64,000 bases of DNA, from contig QCIO01000006.1 of NCBI GenBank assembly GCA_003216635.1, forward strand, positions 17,767 to 81,766. Reading direction: 5' to 3'. Position 1 is the stretch's first letter. Each line of letters begins with the position of its first letter. The DNA is from Prochlorococcus sp. AG-402-L23 (GTDB lineage Bacteria > Cyanobacteriota > Cyanobacteriia > PCC-6307 > Cyanobiaceae). Under the pieces are notes generated by a model. The model was not told the origin of the DNA and did no database searches. It saw nothing but the letters and a program-made list of their open reading frames with translations. The translations under genes and the position numbers were made by a program. Shown here piece by piece: positions 37,636-49,428 of this stretch.

Positions 37636-39009
37636 CTAATTAATTAATTGAATAATTTTATCAAGCTGCCAACATCTGCTCCCTTTTATAAGGATAGAAT
37701 CTCCTTTTTTTGTAGATTTGTTTATCTCTTCAGGCACATCTTTGATATTATTTAAAACTAAAAATTTTCTCTTATCTTTTAGATAATCAGAGTAAATTTC
37801 TTCATCCTTTCTATCACAAATAAATAAACATTTTTCTATATCTGAATTATCTATTAAGTTGAATATTTCTCTATGATATTTTTCAGATTCTTTACCCAAT
37901 TCTTGCATACTTCCAAATATGAAAAATTGATTTCTAGGTTTTTCTAGCAGATTTTTAATACATGCTTTTACCGACTCTGGCGAAGCATTATATGATTCAT
38001 CGTATATTGTTGTTTTAACTGATTTTAGAATTTTATTCCTTCCACCTAAACTGGCAAAATCAAACTTATTAAAACTTGCAAAATCAATTCTAAGCTCTTT
38101 AGCAACTGCATAGGCAAATAAGAAATTTGAAGCATTGTGAAATCCCTCAAATGAAATTTCAAAAGTATTTTCTTCAATTAAGATTGTATTTTTTGAAGGG
38201 TTATAAAATCCTCGCAAATTATCATCTTTCTTAAAAATATCTTTCTTATTTTCTATATTTAATAGTTCTACTTTTATTACTCTACCTTTCCAGTATTCTT
38301 TTAAAGTTTCTTCAAGAAATTGATCATTTGCTGGGATTATTACAACTCCTTCGGGATTTAAAAATTTACTAATTTCACACTTTGCATAAGTAATATTTTT
38401 TTTTGAGCCTAATAATCCAATATGGGCTGTCCCAATGTTAGTAATTACTGCAATATCAGGTTCACTATATTTAGATAAATTTTCGATCTGTCCAAGACCT
38501 CTCATTCCCATCTCAAGAACCAAAACATTATCTTCCATATCTGTCTCAAGAATAGTAAGACCAACCCCAATCTCGTTATTGAAATTTGCATGGGATAGTT
38601 TAATTTTTCCAAGTTTCTTTAAAACTTCACCAATCATTTCTTTTGTAGTTGTTTTGCCAACTGAACCAGTTATCGCAACCAAAGGAATATTTAATTTTTT
38701 TCTTTTGAGCAATGTTAATTTTTGAAATGCCTCTAGAGTGTCATTTACGACCCAATAAGGAAAATTACTAGGAAGGAATTTCTGCAAACCTTCTTTAACA
38801 ACTACTGCTTTCACTCCTTTATTTAAAACCTCAGGAAGAAAACTATGTCCGTCAAAATTTTTACCCTTGATAGCTATAAAAAGATCATTTTTAAATAAAG
38901 TTCTACTATCAATACTTATATTTCTAAAATTTAAAAATTTTTTTTTATCCTCGTCTAGATTTTTAATAAGACCCAAAACATTATTTAATTCTGATAAAGA
39001 GAATTCCAT
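37636..39009 (-). CDS. murF: UDP-MurNAc-tripeptide--D-Ala-D-Ala ligase
   Basis: ISIDSR, AIKGKNFDGH, AITGSVGKTTTKE, NFNNEIG, EMGMRGLGQI, DESYNASPES and KGSR. Confidence 0.96.
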   Translation of the reverse strand: MEFSLSELNNVLGLIKNLDEDKKKFLNFRNISIDSRTLFKNDLFIAIKGKNFDGHSFLPEVLNKGVKAVVVKEGLQKFLPSNFPYWVVNDTLEAFQKLTLLKRKKLNIPLVAITGSVGKTTTKEMIGEVLKKLGKIKLSHANFNNEIGVGLTILETDMEDNVLVLEMGMRGLGQIENLSKYSEPDIAVITNIGTAHIGLLGSKKNITYAKCEISKFLNPEGVVIIPANDQFLEETLKEYWKGRVIKVELLNIENKKDIFKKDDNLRGFYNPSKNTILIEENTFEISFEGFHNASNFLFAYAVAKELRIDFASFNKFDFASLGGRNKILKSVKTTIYDESYNASPESVKACIKNLLEKPRNQFFIFGSMQELGKESEKYHREIFNLIDNSDIEKCLFICDRKDEEIYSDYLKDKRKFLVLNNIKDVPEEINKSTKKGDSILIKGSRCWQLDKIIQLIN

Positions 39010-39021
39010 TAAAAAATTAAG

Positions 39022-40473
39022 TCATACTTTTTTTAAAGATGGATCAGCGGATTGTCCGTAAGAGAACTTTTCAACTTCAGCAAAATCTGGAGATGGTTCT
39101 TTTATTCCACAAACATCTTTATACATAATTTCGTATTCGAGTGCGGATCTTTGCCAACTAAACTCTTGGCTCATAGCTCTTTTTTGCAATAATTCCCAAC
39201 TATCTTTATGCCTAAAGGCCTCCCAAGACCTTACTAAAGATGTATAGAAATCTATGGGTTCAAAGCGATCGAAGCAAAAACCTGTGCCTCTATTATTTTC
39301 TGGATCATGAGGTAAAACCGTATCAACTAAACCTCCTACTCGCCTTACTATTGGAATAGAACCATACCTCATAGCAAGGAGTTGACTAATACCACAAGGT
39401 TCGAATCTACTTGGCATTAAGAATGCATCAGAACCACCATATATAAGTCTTGATAAAGAATCATCATAGGTAAGAAATACTGAAAATCTTCCTGGGTAAT
39501 CTAATGCAAGTTGCCATAATCCTGACTCTAAATATCTATCTCCAGTCCCCAAAACAACTATTTGCGAATCTGTATATGCCAAAAGTCTTCTTGAAACTTG
39601 TAGAAGTAAGTCAACCCCTTTCTGATCAACTAACCTACTAACCATACCTAAAAGATATTTTTTAGGATTAACTTCGAGACCCATTTCTCTCTGCAGAATT
39701 TTCTTATTTTCTTGCCTATTTTCTAAATTCTTAATACTAAATTTTACAGGTAAAACTGGGTCTTTGGCTGGATTCCATTCATCAAGATCTATGCCATTAA
39801 GAATTCCCCTTAATTTACCGGAAATGTAATTAAGTAATCCTTCAAGGCTTTCCCCGTATTCATGGGTTTTAATTTCATCTGCATAAGTAGGAGAAACAGC
39901 ATTTACTCTATCTGCGTACAACATTGCCGCAGCCATTGTATGGTCTCCATGCATATACCAAGGACACCAAGTCATTTTTTCTAGTTTCCATCTCCAAGGG
40001 CCTTGGTATTTTAAATTATGAATTGTGAAGACAGTGCTAATTTCGGGGTCCTGATGCATCCACACAGGAATCATTCCAGTGTGCCAATCATGGCAATGAA
40101 GAACTTGAGGTTTCCAACAATTCCAGGCAAATTCTGCGGTAGCACTAGCAAAAAATGTAAACCGCCAGTCCTCATTTTCGCCTCCGTATATTTGGTCAGA
40201 GTCAAATGTTGGATGACCCACTAGGTAAATCACATAGTTATGAATGGGATGTTTTGCTTCATATACGGCGAAATCAGTTCCCATTGTATTTGCTTTAAAG
40301 ACTGGTTGATTAGAAACCTCTAAAAGACTCCACAATTTCCCATATCCTGGAATTATTACCCTTACGTCGTGACTAAGTTTTATCAAAGATGGAGGTAACG
40401 AACCAACCACATCTCCCATACCTCCAACTTTGATCATTGGAGCACATTCAGCAGCGGCAAGAAGAATTCTCAT
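39022..40473 (-). CDS. glgA: Glycogen synthase
   Basis: [38 protein letters not shown] and [13 protein letters not shown]. Confidence 0.97.
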   Translation of the reverse strand: MRILLAAAECAPMIKVGGMGDVVGSLPPSLIKLSHDVRVIIPGYGKLWSLLEVSNQPVFKANTMGTDFAVYEAKHPIHNYVIYLVGHPTFDSDQIYGGENEDWRFTFFASATAEFAWNCWKPQVLHCHDWHTGMIPVWMHQDPEISTVFTIHNLKYQGPWRWKLEKMTWCPWYMHGDHTMAAAMLYADRVNAVSPTYADEIKTHEYGESLEGLLNYISGKLRGILNGIDLDEWNPAKDPVLPVKFSIKNLENRQENKKILQREMGLEVNPKKYLLGMVSRLVDQKGVDLLLQVSRRLLAYTDSQIVVLGTGDRYLESGLWQLALDYPGRFSVFLTYDDSLSRLIYGGSDAFLMPSRFEPCGISQLLAMRYGSIPIVRRVGGLVDTVLPHDPENNRGTGFCFDRFEPIDFYTSLVRSWEAFRHKDSWELLQKRAMSQEFSWQRSALEYEIMYKDVCGIKEPSPDFAEVEKFSYGQSADPSLKKV

Positions 40474-40508
40474 TGATAATTATTTAAAAAGTTCTTTTGA
40501 AAATTAAA

Positions 40509-41366
40509 CTAAGGTGTCCACTTATAGTCAGAAAAGTCTGGTGGACGCTTTTCAAGAAAGGCATCTCTACCTTCTTGAGCTTCTTCAGTCGAATAAAATA
40601 ATTGAGTTGTGTATCCAGATAATTCTTGAATACCCGCAATCCCATCATTCTCCGCATTGAATGAAGCTTTAAGAATACGAATAGCAGTTGGACTATTTCG
40701 TAAAATCTCTCTTGCCCAGATTACACCCTCAGCTTCTAATTCTTCAATCTTTGTAATTGCATTTATCAAGCCCATCGTCAGAGCTTCCTTGGAATTATAT
40801 TTTCTACATAAAAACCAAATTTCTTTTGCTTTTCTTTGACCAACAAGCCTTGCCAAATAACTAGATCCAAATCCCGCATCAAAACTACCAACTCTTGGAC
40901 CTGTTTGACCAAATATTGCATTTTCAGAGGCGATACTGAGATCACAAATTAAATGAAGTACCTGGCCTCCTCCAATTGCAAATCCAGGAACTAAAGCGAT
41001 AACCACTTTAGGCAAACTTCTTATTAATCTTTGAAGTTCAAGTACATTTAATCTCTGCTTCCCTTCATTATTTTTATATCCATTTTCACCTCTTACACTC
41101 TGATCACCCCCAGAACAAAAAGAATAAATACCTTTTTTGTCAGGACCTGCACCTGTAAAGAGTACTACTCCAATAGTTTCATCATTTCTTACGATATTAA
41201 ATGCGTTAATGAGTTCATCTATAGTTTGTGGCCTAAATGCATTTCTTTTTTCAGGCCGATTAATTGCAATTCTCGCAATCCCCTCATCTGATTTATGAAA
41301 CAATATATCATCATAAGATTTGCATTCTGACCAATTTAAAGTTGTTTTACCAGGTAATACTTTCAT
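40509..41366 (-). CDS. menB: 1,4-dihydroxy-2-naphthoyl-CoA synthase
   Basis: [42 protein letters not shown] and [10 protein letters not shown]. Confidence 0.97.
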   Translation of the reverse strand: MKVLPGKTTLNWSECKSYDDILFHKSDEGIARIAINRPEKRNAFRPQTIDELINAFNIVRNDETIGVVLFTGAGPDKKGIYSFCSGGDQSVRGENGYKNNEGKQRLNVLELQRLIRSLPKVVIALVPGFAIGGGQVLHLICDLSIASENAIFGQTGPRVGSFDAGFGSSYLARLVGQRKAKEIWFLCRKYNSKEALTMGLINAITKIEELEAEGVIWAREILRNSPTAIRILKASFNAENDGIAGIQELSGYTTQLFYSTEEAQEGRDAFLEKRPPDFSDYKWTP

Positions 41367-41401
41367 GAATCCTAATTATTCAAAGATAGAAAATAATAAA
41401 T

Positions 41402-43165
41402 TTAACTGCCAATTATTTTTTCTAGCAGGGCATTTTTTTCACAAATTTCATTTTCTGGATCAATATCAACTTTAATTATTACAGATTTCCGGATAGAAAT
41501 GCTCCAATCGAATGCCTCTCGTAATTTTTTAAAATTTGCCACACTTTTAAATTTTACTTGATAGCCCTCTGCTAGTTTTAGCCAGTTTATTTCTTTAGGC
41601 ATAAGAAATAGTTTTTTTAATTCATCTTCTTTTAAATTTTTTTTATAAATACGATTAAATATATTTCCACCATTATTATTTATTAGAAGTATTGTTAGAT
41701 TCATGTCGATTGAATTTTCAATCAGCCAACCGTTTATATCATGAACAAAAGCTAAATCACCAGTCACTAGAAGTAGAGGATTTTTAATTCTAGAAATTCC
41801 TAATGCGAGGGATAAAGTACCGTCTATGCCGGAAGCTCCTCTAAAGCTGAAACAATTTCTTGTTAAAGTCCCATTCTCAGAAAATGTAAGCCAATCTCTA
41901 ATCGGGCTACTCGCTGAGAGCATTATTGGATTTTCAGCTGGCCAAAGTTTTGGAACAAGATTTGCAAGCTTATACTCAGTAATTTGATTATCATTATTAA
42001 TTTTCTCTTTTAAAATTTCTTTAATTTGCTCACCTTCCTCTATTAGATCTAGAGCTAACGGAGTAAGAGACCTTTTATTTTTTTCTTTAATTAATAATTC
42101 TTCTAACAATATTGTAGTAAAATTTGATAGCCCAAAATCATATTCAAATGATTTTTTTATAGGGTCTAATTTTCTATAGTTTTTTTCTTTTATAAGAATT
42201 TGTATCCCTTCGAAGGTTGTTAAAAAATTCTCCAAATCAATTGAGGATGACATGGGGCCAAGCCTCAAAAGTTGATGGCAATTTATTAAATTCTTATTTT
42301 TTCTTAAGACTAATTCCCAATTCACAACTAACCCTCTCAAATCAGAATAAACGCCTGAAACAGGATCAGCAAATATTGGCCAACCAGTAATTTCTTGCAA
42401 TTGTTCTAAAGATTTATTGAAAGAAGATAAGTCATTTATGGAACCTTGATAGGGACCTACCATAATAATGCCAGATTCATCTAAATTTAAACTTTTTGAA
42501 ATTTCTAAGAATTTGTTTTTATCAGACTTTATTTCAACTTCCTGAAAGACATATTTTTTCTTTAAATAAATTTTCTCAAAAACCTTTAAAACATTTTTTT
42601 TATTTAAAAATGAAATACCTAAAGGCCCATCAATAGGAATATTTAAATGAATAGGACCAGGGAATGTTGATATTTGTTTCTCAGTAATTCGCACTAAATT
42701 TAAGATTTCATTTTCTTGTGTTTCATGGAGTCCATTTAGATTTGTACTTAAAACTCTTCTGCAGACTGAACTCAAAAATTCTTCTTGATTTACTGTTTGA
42801 TTCGCCCCACAATCCTTTAATCTTGAGGGTCTATCAGCAGTAAGAAATATAATACCTTTACAAGATCGGTCTGCTTCAACTGCTGCTGGCAATAAGTTAC
42901 TTACGGCAGTTCCAGAAGTGGTAATAACTAAAGAAAGATTGCCTGATGCAGCAGAAATCCCAAGAGAGTGGAATCCCGCAGATCTCTCATCTATTGAATT
43001 AAAAATATTTACCAGTCCTAATTTATTTAATTCTCCAGCAGCTATTGCTAAAGGTGCTGATCTACTACCAGGACATAGTATTAAATTTTGAACTCCTATT
43101 TTTACAAGAAGATTTAAAAGTTGTAAACTTCTAAGAAAATTTTTGCATTCAATAGATGATGTCAT
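41402..43165 (-). CDS. menD: SEPHCHC synthase (ThDP-dependent)
   Basis: [41 protein letters not shown] and TGDLAFVHD...NNNGGNIF. Confidence 0.95.
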   Translation of the reverse strand: MTSSIECKNFLRSLQLLNLLVKIGVQNLILCPGSRSAPLAIAAGELNKLGLVNIFNSIDERSAGFHSLGISAASGNLSLVITTSGTAVSNLLPAAVEADRSCKGIIFLTADRPSRLKDCGANQTVNQEEFLSSVCRRVLSTNLNGLHETQENEILNLVRITEKQISTFPGPIHLNIPIDGPLGISFLNKKNVLKVFEKIYLKKKYVFQEVEIKSDKNKFLEISKSLNLDESGIIMVGPYQGSINDLSSFNKSLEQLQEITGWPIFADPVSGVYSDLRGLVVNWELVLRKNKNLINCHQLLRLGPMSSSIDLENFLTTFEGIQILIKEKNYRKLDPIKKSFEYDFGLSNFTTILLEELLIKEKNKRSLTPLALDLIEEGEQIKEILKEKINNDNQITEYKLANLVPKLWPAENPIMLSASSPIRDWLTFSENGTLTRNCFSFRGASGIDGTLSLALGISRIKNPLLLVTGDLAFVHDINGWLIENSIDMNLTILLINNNGGNIFNRIYKKNLKEDELKKLFLMPKEINWLKLAEGYQVKFKSVANFKKLREAFDWSISIRKSVIIKVDIDPENEICEKNALLEKIIGS

Positions 43166-43214
43166 AATTTATATAAATGCTTTGGGATTTCCCTATAACT
43201 GAATTAAATAAAAC

Positions 43215-43799
43215 ATGTCTGCAACTCAAGAAAAAAGAAATTCAATACTAAAGGATTTAAAAAATCTTTTAATCTGGATATCTATTGCTTTAATTATACG
43301 ATGGCAGGTTATAGAGCCAAGATGGATACCATCAGGTTCAATGCTTCCAACTCTTCAAATACAAGATAAAATTCTTGTTGAGAAAGTAACCCCTAAAATC
43401 ACATCCAAATCAAATCTTTCAAAATTAAAAAATAAAATAGTTGTTTTTAACGTTCCGGAACAATTAATTAATGCCGGTTATGAATCAGATACTGCACTAA
43501 TAAAGAGAGTAATTGGAATACCTGGAGACAAGGTAGAAGTAAGAGACGGTAACCTTTACTTAAATGATATCGCTCAAAAAAATTCCGTTTTTGACAAAAA
43601 TATTAATTATTCTATAGGGCCTTTTATTGTCCCAGAAGAGTCATTATGGGTGATGGGAGATAATAGAAATAACAGTATGGACTCACATATTTGGGGGTTT
43701 TTACCCTATAAAAAGGTTATTGGTAAAGCTATTTTTAGATATTGGCCGTTTAATAAAATTGGACCTATTCGGTTCCCTGCCCTTAATAATTTAGATTAA
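43215..43799 (+). CDS. lepB: Signal peptidase I
   Basis: RWIPSGSMLPTL (catalytic Ser), LIKRVIG (catalytic Lys) and MGDNRNNSMDSH. Confidence 0.95.
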   Translation: MSATQEKRNSILKDLKNLLIWISIALIIRWQVIEPRWIPSGSMLPTLQIQDKILVEKVTPKITSKSNLSKLKNKIVVFNVPEQLINAGYESDTALIKRVIGIPGDKVEVRDGNLYLNDIAQKNSVFDKNINYSIGPFIVPEESLWVMGDNRNNSMDSHIWGFLPYKKVIGKAIFRYWPFNKIGPIRFPALNNLD

Positions 43800-43844
43800 T
43801 GGGTACATGATGTTGTAGGGTTTTTATATCTTGAAGTTGTAGAA

Positions 43845-44180
43845 ATGTTTAATCCAGAATTTCTTGCTACTGAAAATAATGATCCAAATGATGAGAATGA
43901 TTTAATCCAATATTTACAAAAACAATCTCCAGAAGTTTTGCAAAGGGTAGCAAAATCAGCTAGTGAAGATATTCAAGAAATTATTAGACATAATGTTCAA
44001 GGTCTTCTTGGAATGCTTCCTTCAGATCAATTTGATGTAAAAATAACATCTTCAAAAGACAACATTGCTAATTTATTATCTTCTGCAATGATGACAGGAT
44101 ATTTTTTAAGACAAATGGAACAAAGAAAAGAGCTGGAACAAACTCTTAAAAATGATGAAAACATGTCTATTGAAGAATAA
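43845..44180 (+). CDS. DUF760-family protein
   Basis: N.L.QYLQ.QSPE....A..AS.DIQE.I..NVQGLLG.LP...F.V.I.....N.A.LL.SAMMTGYFLR..E.R..LE. Confidence 0.85.
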   Translation: MFNPEFLATENNDPNDENDLIQYLQKQSPEVLQRVAKSASEDIQEIIRHNVQGLLGMLPSDQFDVKITSSKDNIANLLSSAMMTGYFLRQMEQRKELEQTLKNDENMSIEE

Positions 44181-44185
44181 TAGTT

Positions 44186-45358
44186 TTAAAGATTTACTTC
44201 TTCAGGAATTATTCCTAGTTCAAACAACTTTTTATATAAACCCATCAAAAATTTATTATCCTCCGGAAGTTTGTCCCACTTTTGGGAATTAATTTCATTA
44301 ATTAATTTTTGACAATCTTCTATTGTAAATTTTATAGGTGCCGTAAAATGAGCTGGAATTAAATATTCCATATCTTCAAAAGACTTGATATTTTCTAGCC
44401 ATTTAAGTAACACTTCTTTTGAACGCGGAAAAATTAGTTTTTGTAAAACTGGTGCCACTTGAATCTTAGGAGTATCTTCACCCATTATTTCAACAAGAGA
44501 GGATTCCCAATCTTCGACCCATAAAAAGGGATAAATACCGAAATGAGATCTCCAATTTCTAAGATCTTTTTTGAAAGAATACTTAAATATTTCTTTTAAA
44601 GGTGGAATATTTAATTTACCTGGTTTCAAAAAAGATGAAAACAAGACTAACCTTTTCCATCCTTTTTTTCTTTGTTCGATGGAGTCAATCAAAGGTTCAT
44701 CTCCTCTCTCTCTAGAATGAAAAAGAAGCGGAGTTGGATCAAAATTAAATATCTCAGGTGGAGTGGAGTCTATTCCAACTATTGCGTCTGTCACATGAAG
44801 AGTTTTCGTAGAATAATGGAAACAGCTTATCTCCTGATATCTTCCAAGTCCTAAATTCAGTGGACCTAATGAAGACCATTTAAAGGAGTTTGTATGTGGA
44901 GTACCTTCCTCAAACAGTATTCTTGATCTTTTTGATGGAATTCCTAAAAAATCTAGTGGCAGATTGATGGGGAAACTCCACTGTCCAGGACAAAGCCAAA
45001 TTTCTGCATCTTTAAAAATTCTTGAAAGAGCTGGCAGTCCGATTTTATGTTCTAGTCCGGAGGCACTTGGGAGAATTATTGTTTTTACTTTGCCGTGAAT
45101 CGCAATTAATTTTTCTAACTCATTTATTAATTCTTTTGTCGGAGGCAGTGGGTTTATTAGCATCAGTCCATTTTCAACCTTTATTACCGTCATTCTTATT
45201 GGAACCGCAACATAATAAAGTCCCTGTATTTGTTCCAAGGACCATATTTGATCAGGAATTAATTCTCTTAAAATTGTTTTCTTTTTCCCATAAGGATATA
45301 AGGGAAATAGTGGCCACCAATACCACTTTTTATTTAAAGTTTCTTCAACCACTATCAT
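44186..45358 (-). CDS. DUF4336-family protein (metallo-beta-lactamase-like)
   Basis: WWPLFPLYPYG, QIWSLEQIQG, VPIRMTV, P.ASGLEHK and TLHVTDA. Confidence 0.75.
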   Translation of the reverse strand: MIVVEETLNKKWYWWPLFPLYPYGKKKTILRELIPDQIWSLEQIQGLYYVAVPIRMTVIKVENGLMLINPLPPTKELINELEKLIAIHGKVKTIILPSASGLEHKIGLPALSRIFKDAEIWLCPGQWSFPINLPLDFLGIPSKRSRILFEEGTPHTNSFKWSSLGPLNLGLGRYQEISCFHYSTKTLHVTDAIVGIDSTPPEIFNFDPTPLLFHSRERGDEPLIDSIEQRKKGWKRLVLFSSFLKPGKLNIPPLKEIFKYSFKKDLRNWRSHFGIYPFLWVEDWESSLVEIMGEDTPKIQVAPVLQKLIFPRSKEVLLKWLENIKSFEDMEYLIPAHFTAPIKFTIEDCQKLINEINSQKWDKLPEDNKFLMGLYKKLFELGIIPEEVNL

Positions 45359-46227
45359 TTATAACCAGCAAAAAATTTCTTTAACTTAAATATTCCGTAT
45401 CTTGGAGCGAATAAAAAAGCGAATAAAAATATAAAAGTTTGTGCCAAGACAATTGATCCACCTGTTTCAAGATCAAACCAAAAACTAATGTAGATTCCTA
45501 TTAGGCTTGAAATAATTGCACTTAATACTGAAATTATTGTCATATTATCAAACTTATCCGTAAGTAAATATGCAGTAGCCCCTGGTGTAATCAACATCGC
45601 AACTACCAAAATAATTCCAACAGACTGCAAGCCCACAACTGCTGCCAAAGATAAGCATGTTAGGAGTAAATAGTGAAGAAAAAATACGTTAATCCCAACT
45701 GTTTTTGCATGCCTAGGATCAAAACAATAAAGCATTAAATCTTTTCTAAAAATTGATAAAAGGATTACTACCAATAAAGAAATGAATATGGTTTGTTTTA
45801 CATCTGAAAGTGATATTCCTAATGGACTGCCAAAAAGAATAGAGTGCAGATCAATATTACTTTTAATCTTAGAAACCAATACGATTCCAAGAGCGAAAAA
45901 TCCAGTAAATACCAAACCAATAACAGTATCTTCCTTAACCCTAGATTTCTGCTTAATAAACCCTATCAATGCAACAGAACCAACTCCGAAAATAAATGCC
46001 CCTAATGAGAAAGGAAGACCTAATGCATAAGCAACCACAACACCAGGCATTACTGAATGTGACACTGCATCTCCCATTAAAGCCCATCCTTTAAGAGTCA
46101 AATAACTTGATAGAAAACCACAAACAGCTGCAACTAATGAACTCATAAGAAGTGCTTTTCTCATAAAGTCATGAGTTAAAGGATCTGTTATGAATGAATC
46201 TAAAGTTAAAAAAGAACAGAGCTCCAT
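45355..46227 (-). CDS. mntB: Mn/Zn/Fe ABC transporter permease
   Basis: LMGDAVSHSVMPG, VKEDTVIG, LFGSPLG and GIILVVAMLITPGATA. Confidence 0.85.
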   Translation of the reverse strand: MELCSFLTLDSFITDPLTHDFMRKALLMSSLVAAVCGFLSSYLTLKGWALMGDAVSHSVMPGVVVAYALGLPFSLGAFIFGVGSVALIGFIKQKSRVKEDTVIGLVFTGFFALGIVLVSKIKSNIDLHSILFGSPLGISLSDVKQTIFISLLVVILLSIFRKDLMLYCFDPRHAKTVGINVFFLHYLLLTCLSLAAVVGLQSVGIILVVAMLITPGATAYLLTDKFDNMTIISVLSAIISSLIGIYISFWFDLETGGSIVLAQTFIFLFAFLFAPRYGIFKLKKFFAGYK

Positions 46228-46239
46228 ATAATTATAAAT

Positions 46240-47004
46240 TTAGGATTCAGGTCCAAACAAGAAATCAGGTGAGATCCCTCCAAAAGTAGTTGTAATATTT
46301 TCAGGGGTAAACACTTCAGAGGTCTCGCCATAAGCTACAACAGTTTTATTTATTAAAAGAACCAAATCACAAAATTCTCGGACATGAATCATATCGTGCG
46401 TTGATAATAATATAGTTTTCCCCTCATTTTTAAATTGAATAAATAATTCCGAGATAAGTTTCTCAGTTCTTATATCAACACCTGAAAAAGGCTCATCAAG
46501 AAGTAATATTGACGCTCTTTGCGCAATTGCTCTAGCTAAAAAAGTTCGTTTTCTCTGACCTCCAGATAAGTTTCCAATAGGTGTAGATAAATGATCAGTA
46601 AGATCAACTCTCTCAATAGCATCTTTAACCGCCTGAACATCAGACTCTCTAGGACACCTAAAAATATTCATCGAACCATATCTTCCCATCATCACTACAT
46701 CCCAAACATTTATTGGAAATTGACTATCAATTCCCTCATTTTGAGGAACATAAGCAATTGTCTGATCTTTTTGAGCAGATCTTACAGATTCTCCATTTAT
46801 TCTAATTTTTCCCTTTGAAATATTTACAAAGCCAGTTAAAGCATTAAAAAAAGTTGTTTTACCAGCTCCGTTCATCCCTACTAACCCACAAATCTGGCCA
46901 GGTTTCAATCTTAAATTGGCATCATACAAAGCCACTTTACCGTTGTAATCTACGCAAATATTCTCAGCATCAATCCTAAAGTTTTGATAATTGATTGTTT
47001 CCAT
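46240..47004 (-). CDS. mntA: Mn/Zn/Fe ABC transporter ATP-binding protein
   Basis: Walker A GMNGAGKT, YVPQ, LSGGQRKR, LLLDEPF and STHD. Confidence 0.88.
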   Translation of the reverse strand: METINYQNFRIDAENICVDYNGKVALYDANLRLKPGQICGLVGMNGAGKTTFFNALTGFVNISKGKIRINGESVRSAQKDQTIAYVPQNEGIDSQFPINVWDVVMMGRYGSMNIFRCPRESDVQAVKDAIERVDLTDHLSTPIGNLSGGQRKRTFLARAIAQRASILLLDEPFSGVDIRTEKLISELFIQFKNEGKTILLSTHDMIHVREFCDLVLLINKTVVAYGETSEVFTPENITTTFGGISPDFLFGPES

Positions 47005-47007
47005 AAT

Positions 47008-47916
47008 TCAAAAAAGCCCTTTTTTAATCAAATCCAAATTATGCTCAAGCATTTTTATATAGGAACTTGCAGGCCCACTATCATCAGATAATGAATCAAC
47101 AAAAAGATTTCCTCCAAAATTAGCCCCAGTTTCATTTGCAACAACCATTTGAGATTCGTTACTTACAGTACTTTCGCAAAATACAGATGGGACATTTTTT
47201 TCTTTAACTAGTGAGATTGTTCTTGTCATTCTTTTGGGAGTAATTTGACTCTCAGCATTAACTGGCCACAAATAAACTTCCTCTAATCCATAATCATTTG
47301 TTAAATATGAAAAAGCACCTTCACAACTTACTAGATACCTCCTTTCTTTATTTAAGTTATTAATAAAAAGTGAGAATTCTTTATCTATATTAGAGAGTTT
47401 ATCTTTATAAATTTTTCCATTTTCTTCAAATAATGTCTTTTTGGATGGCCTCAATTCTGATAAAGAATCGACGAGAATGTCTACGTATAGTATCCCTCTT
47501 TTTGGAGAAATCCAGGCATGAGGATTGGGTTTCCCTTTATAAAAATCTTCACTGATAAAAATAGGATCTAAATCTTCCGCGACAGTAATTCTTTTAACTT
47601 TTAAATTAGAAACAAATTTTTCAGCCCATAATTCAAATCCAAATCCATTATCAATAAAAACAAAGGCATTAGAAGCATTTACCAAATCGCTTGGAGTTGG
47701 TTGGTAGCCATGAACTTCAACTCCAGGTTTAGTAATCGATCTAACAATAAAATCATCTTTAGCAACATTGCTAATTATGTCTGCCAAAACAGTGAAACTT
47801 GCAAGTATTACTTCTTTACTTTCATTTTTATTTGATATTCTCTTACATGAGCCTGAAGTGAGAGAAAGCAGAAGTAAAAAACTTAAAAAAAGAATATTTT
47901 TTCTCATATTTAACAT
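47008..47916 (-). CDS. mntC: Metal ABC transporter substrate-binding lipoprotein (cluster A-I)
   Basis: Lipobox-like SGSC and metal ligands in EVHGYQPTP, NPHAWISP, SCEGAF and VDSL. Confidence 0.88.
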   Translation of the reverse strand: MLNMRKNILFLSFLLLLSLTSGSCKRISNKNESKEVILASFTVLADIISNVAKDDFIVRSITKPGVEVHGYQPTPSDLVNASNAFVFIDNGFGFELWAEKFVSNLKVKRITVAEDLDPIFISEDFYKGKPNPHAWISPKRGILYVDILVDSLSELRPSKKTLFEENGKIYKDKLSNIDKEFSLFINNLNKERRYLVSCEGAFSYLTNDYGLEEVYLWPVNAESQITPKRMTRTISLVKEKNVPSVFCESTVSNESQMVVANETGANFGGNLFVDSLSDDSGPASSYIKMLEHNLDLIKKGLF

Positions 47917-47927
47917 TCATCCTTAGA

Positions 47928-49262
47928 TTATGAACTAAAAGAAAGTTTCATAAGTGGTTTTCTAAGATCAGAAATAAATCCTTTCCAATTTATTTTTTCT
48001 TTTTCAAAAGCTTTTTCAACAATTTTTTCAGAATTTTTCTTTATAAAATCCAAATCAGGTTCTTCGACTCCTTTTGTTATTGCCATAAAATCAGCCAAAG
48101 AACTAGATACTACTCTTGTTAAGTAAGCAGCACTGACAGCCTGAAATGTTCCAGAGACTAGCCAATTTGGGCCATGTAATTTTGTTATGCCAATTAGAGT
48201 CTGCCCACTCCATTCAATAACTCCCTGAGCTATTGCAGTCTTTAAAATCTCTTTAGATACTTTATCTAAAATTTCAGGAGACCAATTACATCCCCATATA
48301 GATTTAATTTCTTTAATCATTAATGAATTTAGTACTGTCATTGCCATAACATCAATTGATGGGATAGGAGATAAGAAAACAGTTGTCGCGACAAGAATTT
48401 GATTTTTTCTTTGTATACCTTTTAACTGCATTCTTCTTATCCCTTCAATTTCAGATTGCCATGCAACATGAAGTTCTTTCAAGAGCCTTTTTTTTGTATT
48501 TTCAATATTTTTAGATGAACTTATGAAAAACTTCCTTAAAGAAAAAGGTATATTTGTTATTTCATTCTTATTCACATCAAAAGTAATAATTTTATTTATA
48601 AAGTCACTTGAAATTTGAGACTTTAGGTCTTCTATCTGATTTTTGGCTTCTGTTTCGTTGGAAGTTAAAGCAACCAACCAGATTGGCATATTTTTAGGAA
48701 ACTTTTCCAGCCACAAAAAATCATTTGCCGACAAAGGTAAGTTTATAAAATATAAGATTGCATCACTATTCAAAGCTTCTTCTGGAATAATTTCAGAAGA
48801 ATTGTATTTAGGCAGTTTTTCGAATAAATCAAAGTCAAACTTATCTGCTTTAAAATAACTTTTTAAAACAGACTGACAAATTTGATAATGTTTTTGTCCA
48901 ATGCAACTTATTTTTTCTTTTTCACATCTATTAAGAATCGATTCAAGTATTTTTTTTCTTTTTGAATTCTGTTTCTCTAATTCATTTGTTGCTTCAAGTT
49001 CTTCAAAAAAATTTAAATCTTCATTACATAGATTTATCCAACCATCTAAATTATTTGGCTCATTAAATTTAGGCTTATCATTCTTCAAGTAAAAATATCC
49101 CCCCAAACACAATGCAAAAAATCCTATTGAGCCGCCTGCAAAATGAATTAAGTCACTGACAAACCACTCCCCAAAACCTAATAAAAATAAAATAATAAGA
49201 AAATTTTTTTTTGGAAACTTTATGAAATCCTTTAAAAGGTTGTCTTTACTAATATCAAACAC
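47928..49262 (-). CDS. YcjF/DUF697-family membrane protein
   Basis: N-terminal transmembrane pair and C-terminal VFLSPIPSIDVMA......MIKEI..IWG, QAVSAAYLTRV. Confidence 0.7.
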   Translation of the reverse strand: MFDISKDNLLKDFIKFPKKNFLIILFLLGFGEWFVSDLIHFAGGSIGFFALCLGGYFYLKNDKPKFNEPNNLDGWINLCNEDLNFFEELEATNELEKQNSKRKKILESILNRCEKEKISCIGQKHYQICQSVLKSYFKADKFDFDLFEKLPKYNSSEIIPEEALNSDAILYFINLPLSANDFLWLEKFPKNMPIWLVALTSNETEAKNQIEDLKSQISSDFINKIITFDVNKNEITNIPFSLRKFFISSSKNIENTKKRLLKELHVAWQSEIEGIRRMQLKGIQRKNQILVATTVFLSPIPSIDVMAMTVLNSLMIKEIKSIWGCNWSPEILDKVSKEILKTAIAQGVIEWSGQTLIGITKLHGPNWLVSGTFQAVSAAYLTRVVSSSLADFMAITKGVEEPDLDFIKKNSEKIVEKAFEKEKINWKGFISDLRKPLMKLSFSS

Positions 49263-49428
49263 AATGCTTTATTTCTCTAATTTTATTTTAATGCAAGTTG
49301 TGGATGAGGAAAGCGAAATTACATAAGACGTTAATCAAAAGATAAAAATTTAAGGCATTTAAAAAATACTTATTGCATAACAAGATGCTAAGTTAATAAA
49401 CTATTTAAATAACTTAAGAAACATCAAG

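Noticed and set aside
40365-40390. glgA reads KLSHDVRV where homologs usually have KLGHDVRV
   Set aside because: A single substitution with all catalytic motifs intact is not evidence of pseudogenisation.
43167-43178. ATTTATATAAAT palindrome between menD and lepB, and A/T palindromes near 1498-1529
   Set aside because: Pure A/T low-complexity palindromes are common at this base composition.
49298-49310. Single DnaA-box-like TGTGGATGA (also TGTGGATAA near 20284 inside gltS)
   Set aside because: Isolated 9-mers are expected by chance in 64 kb.
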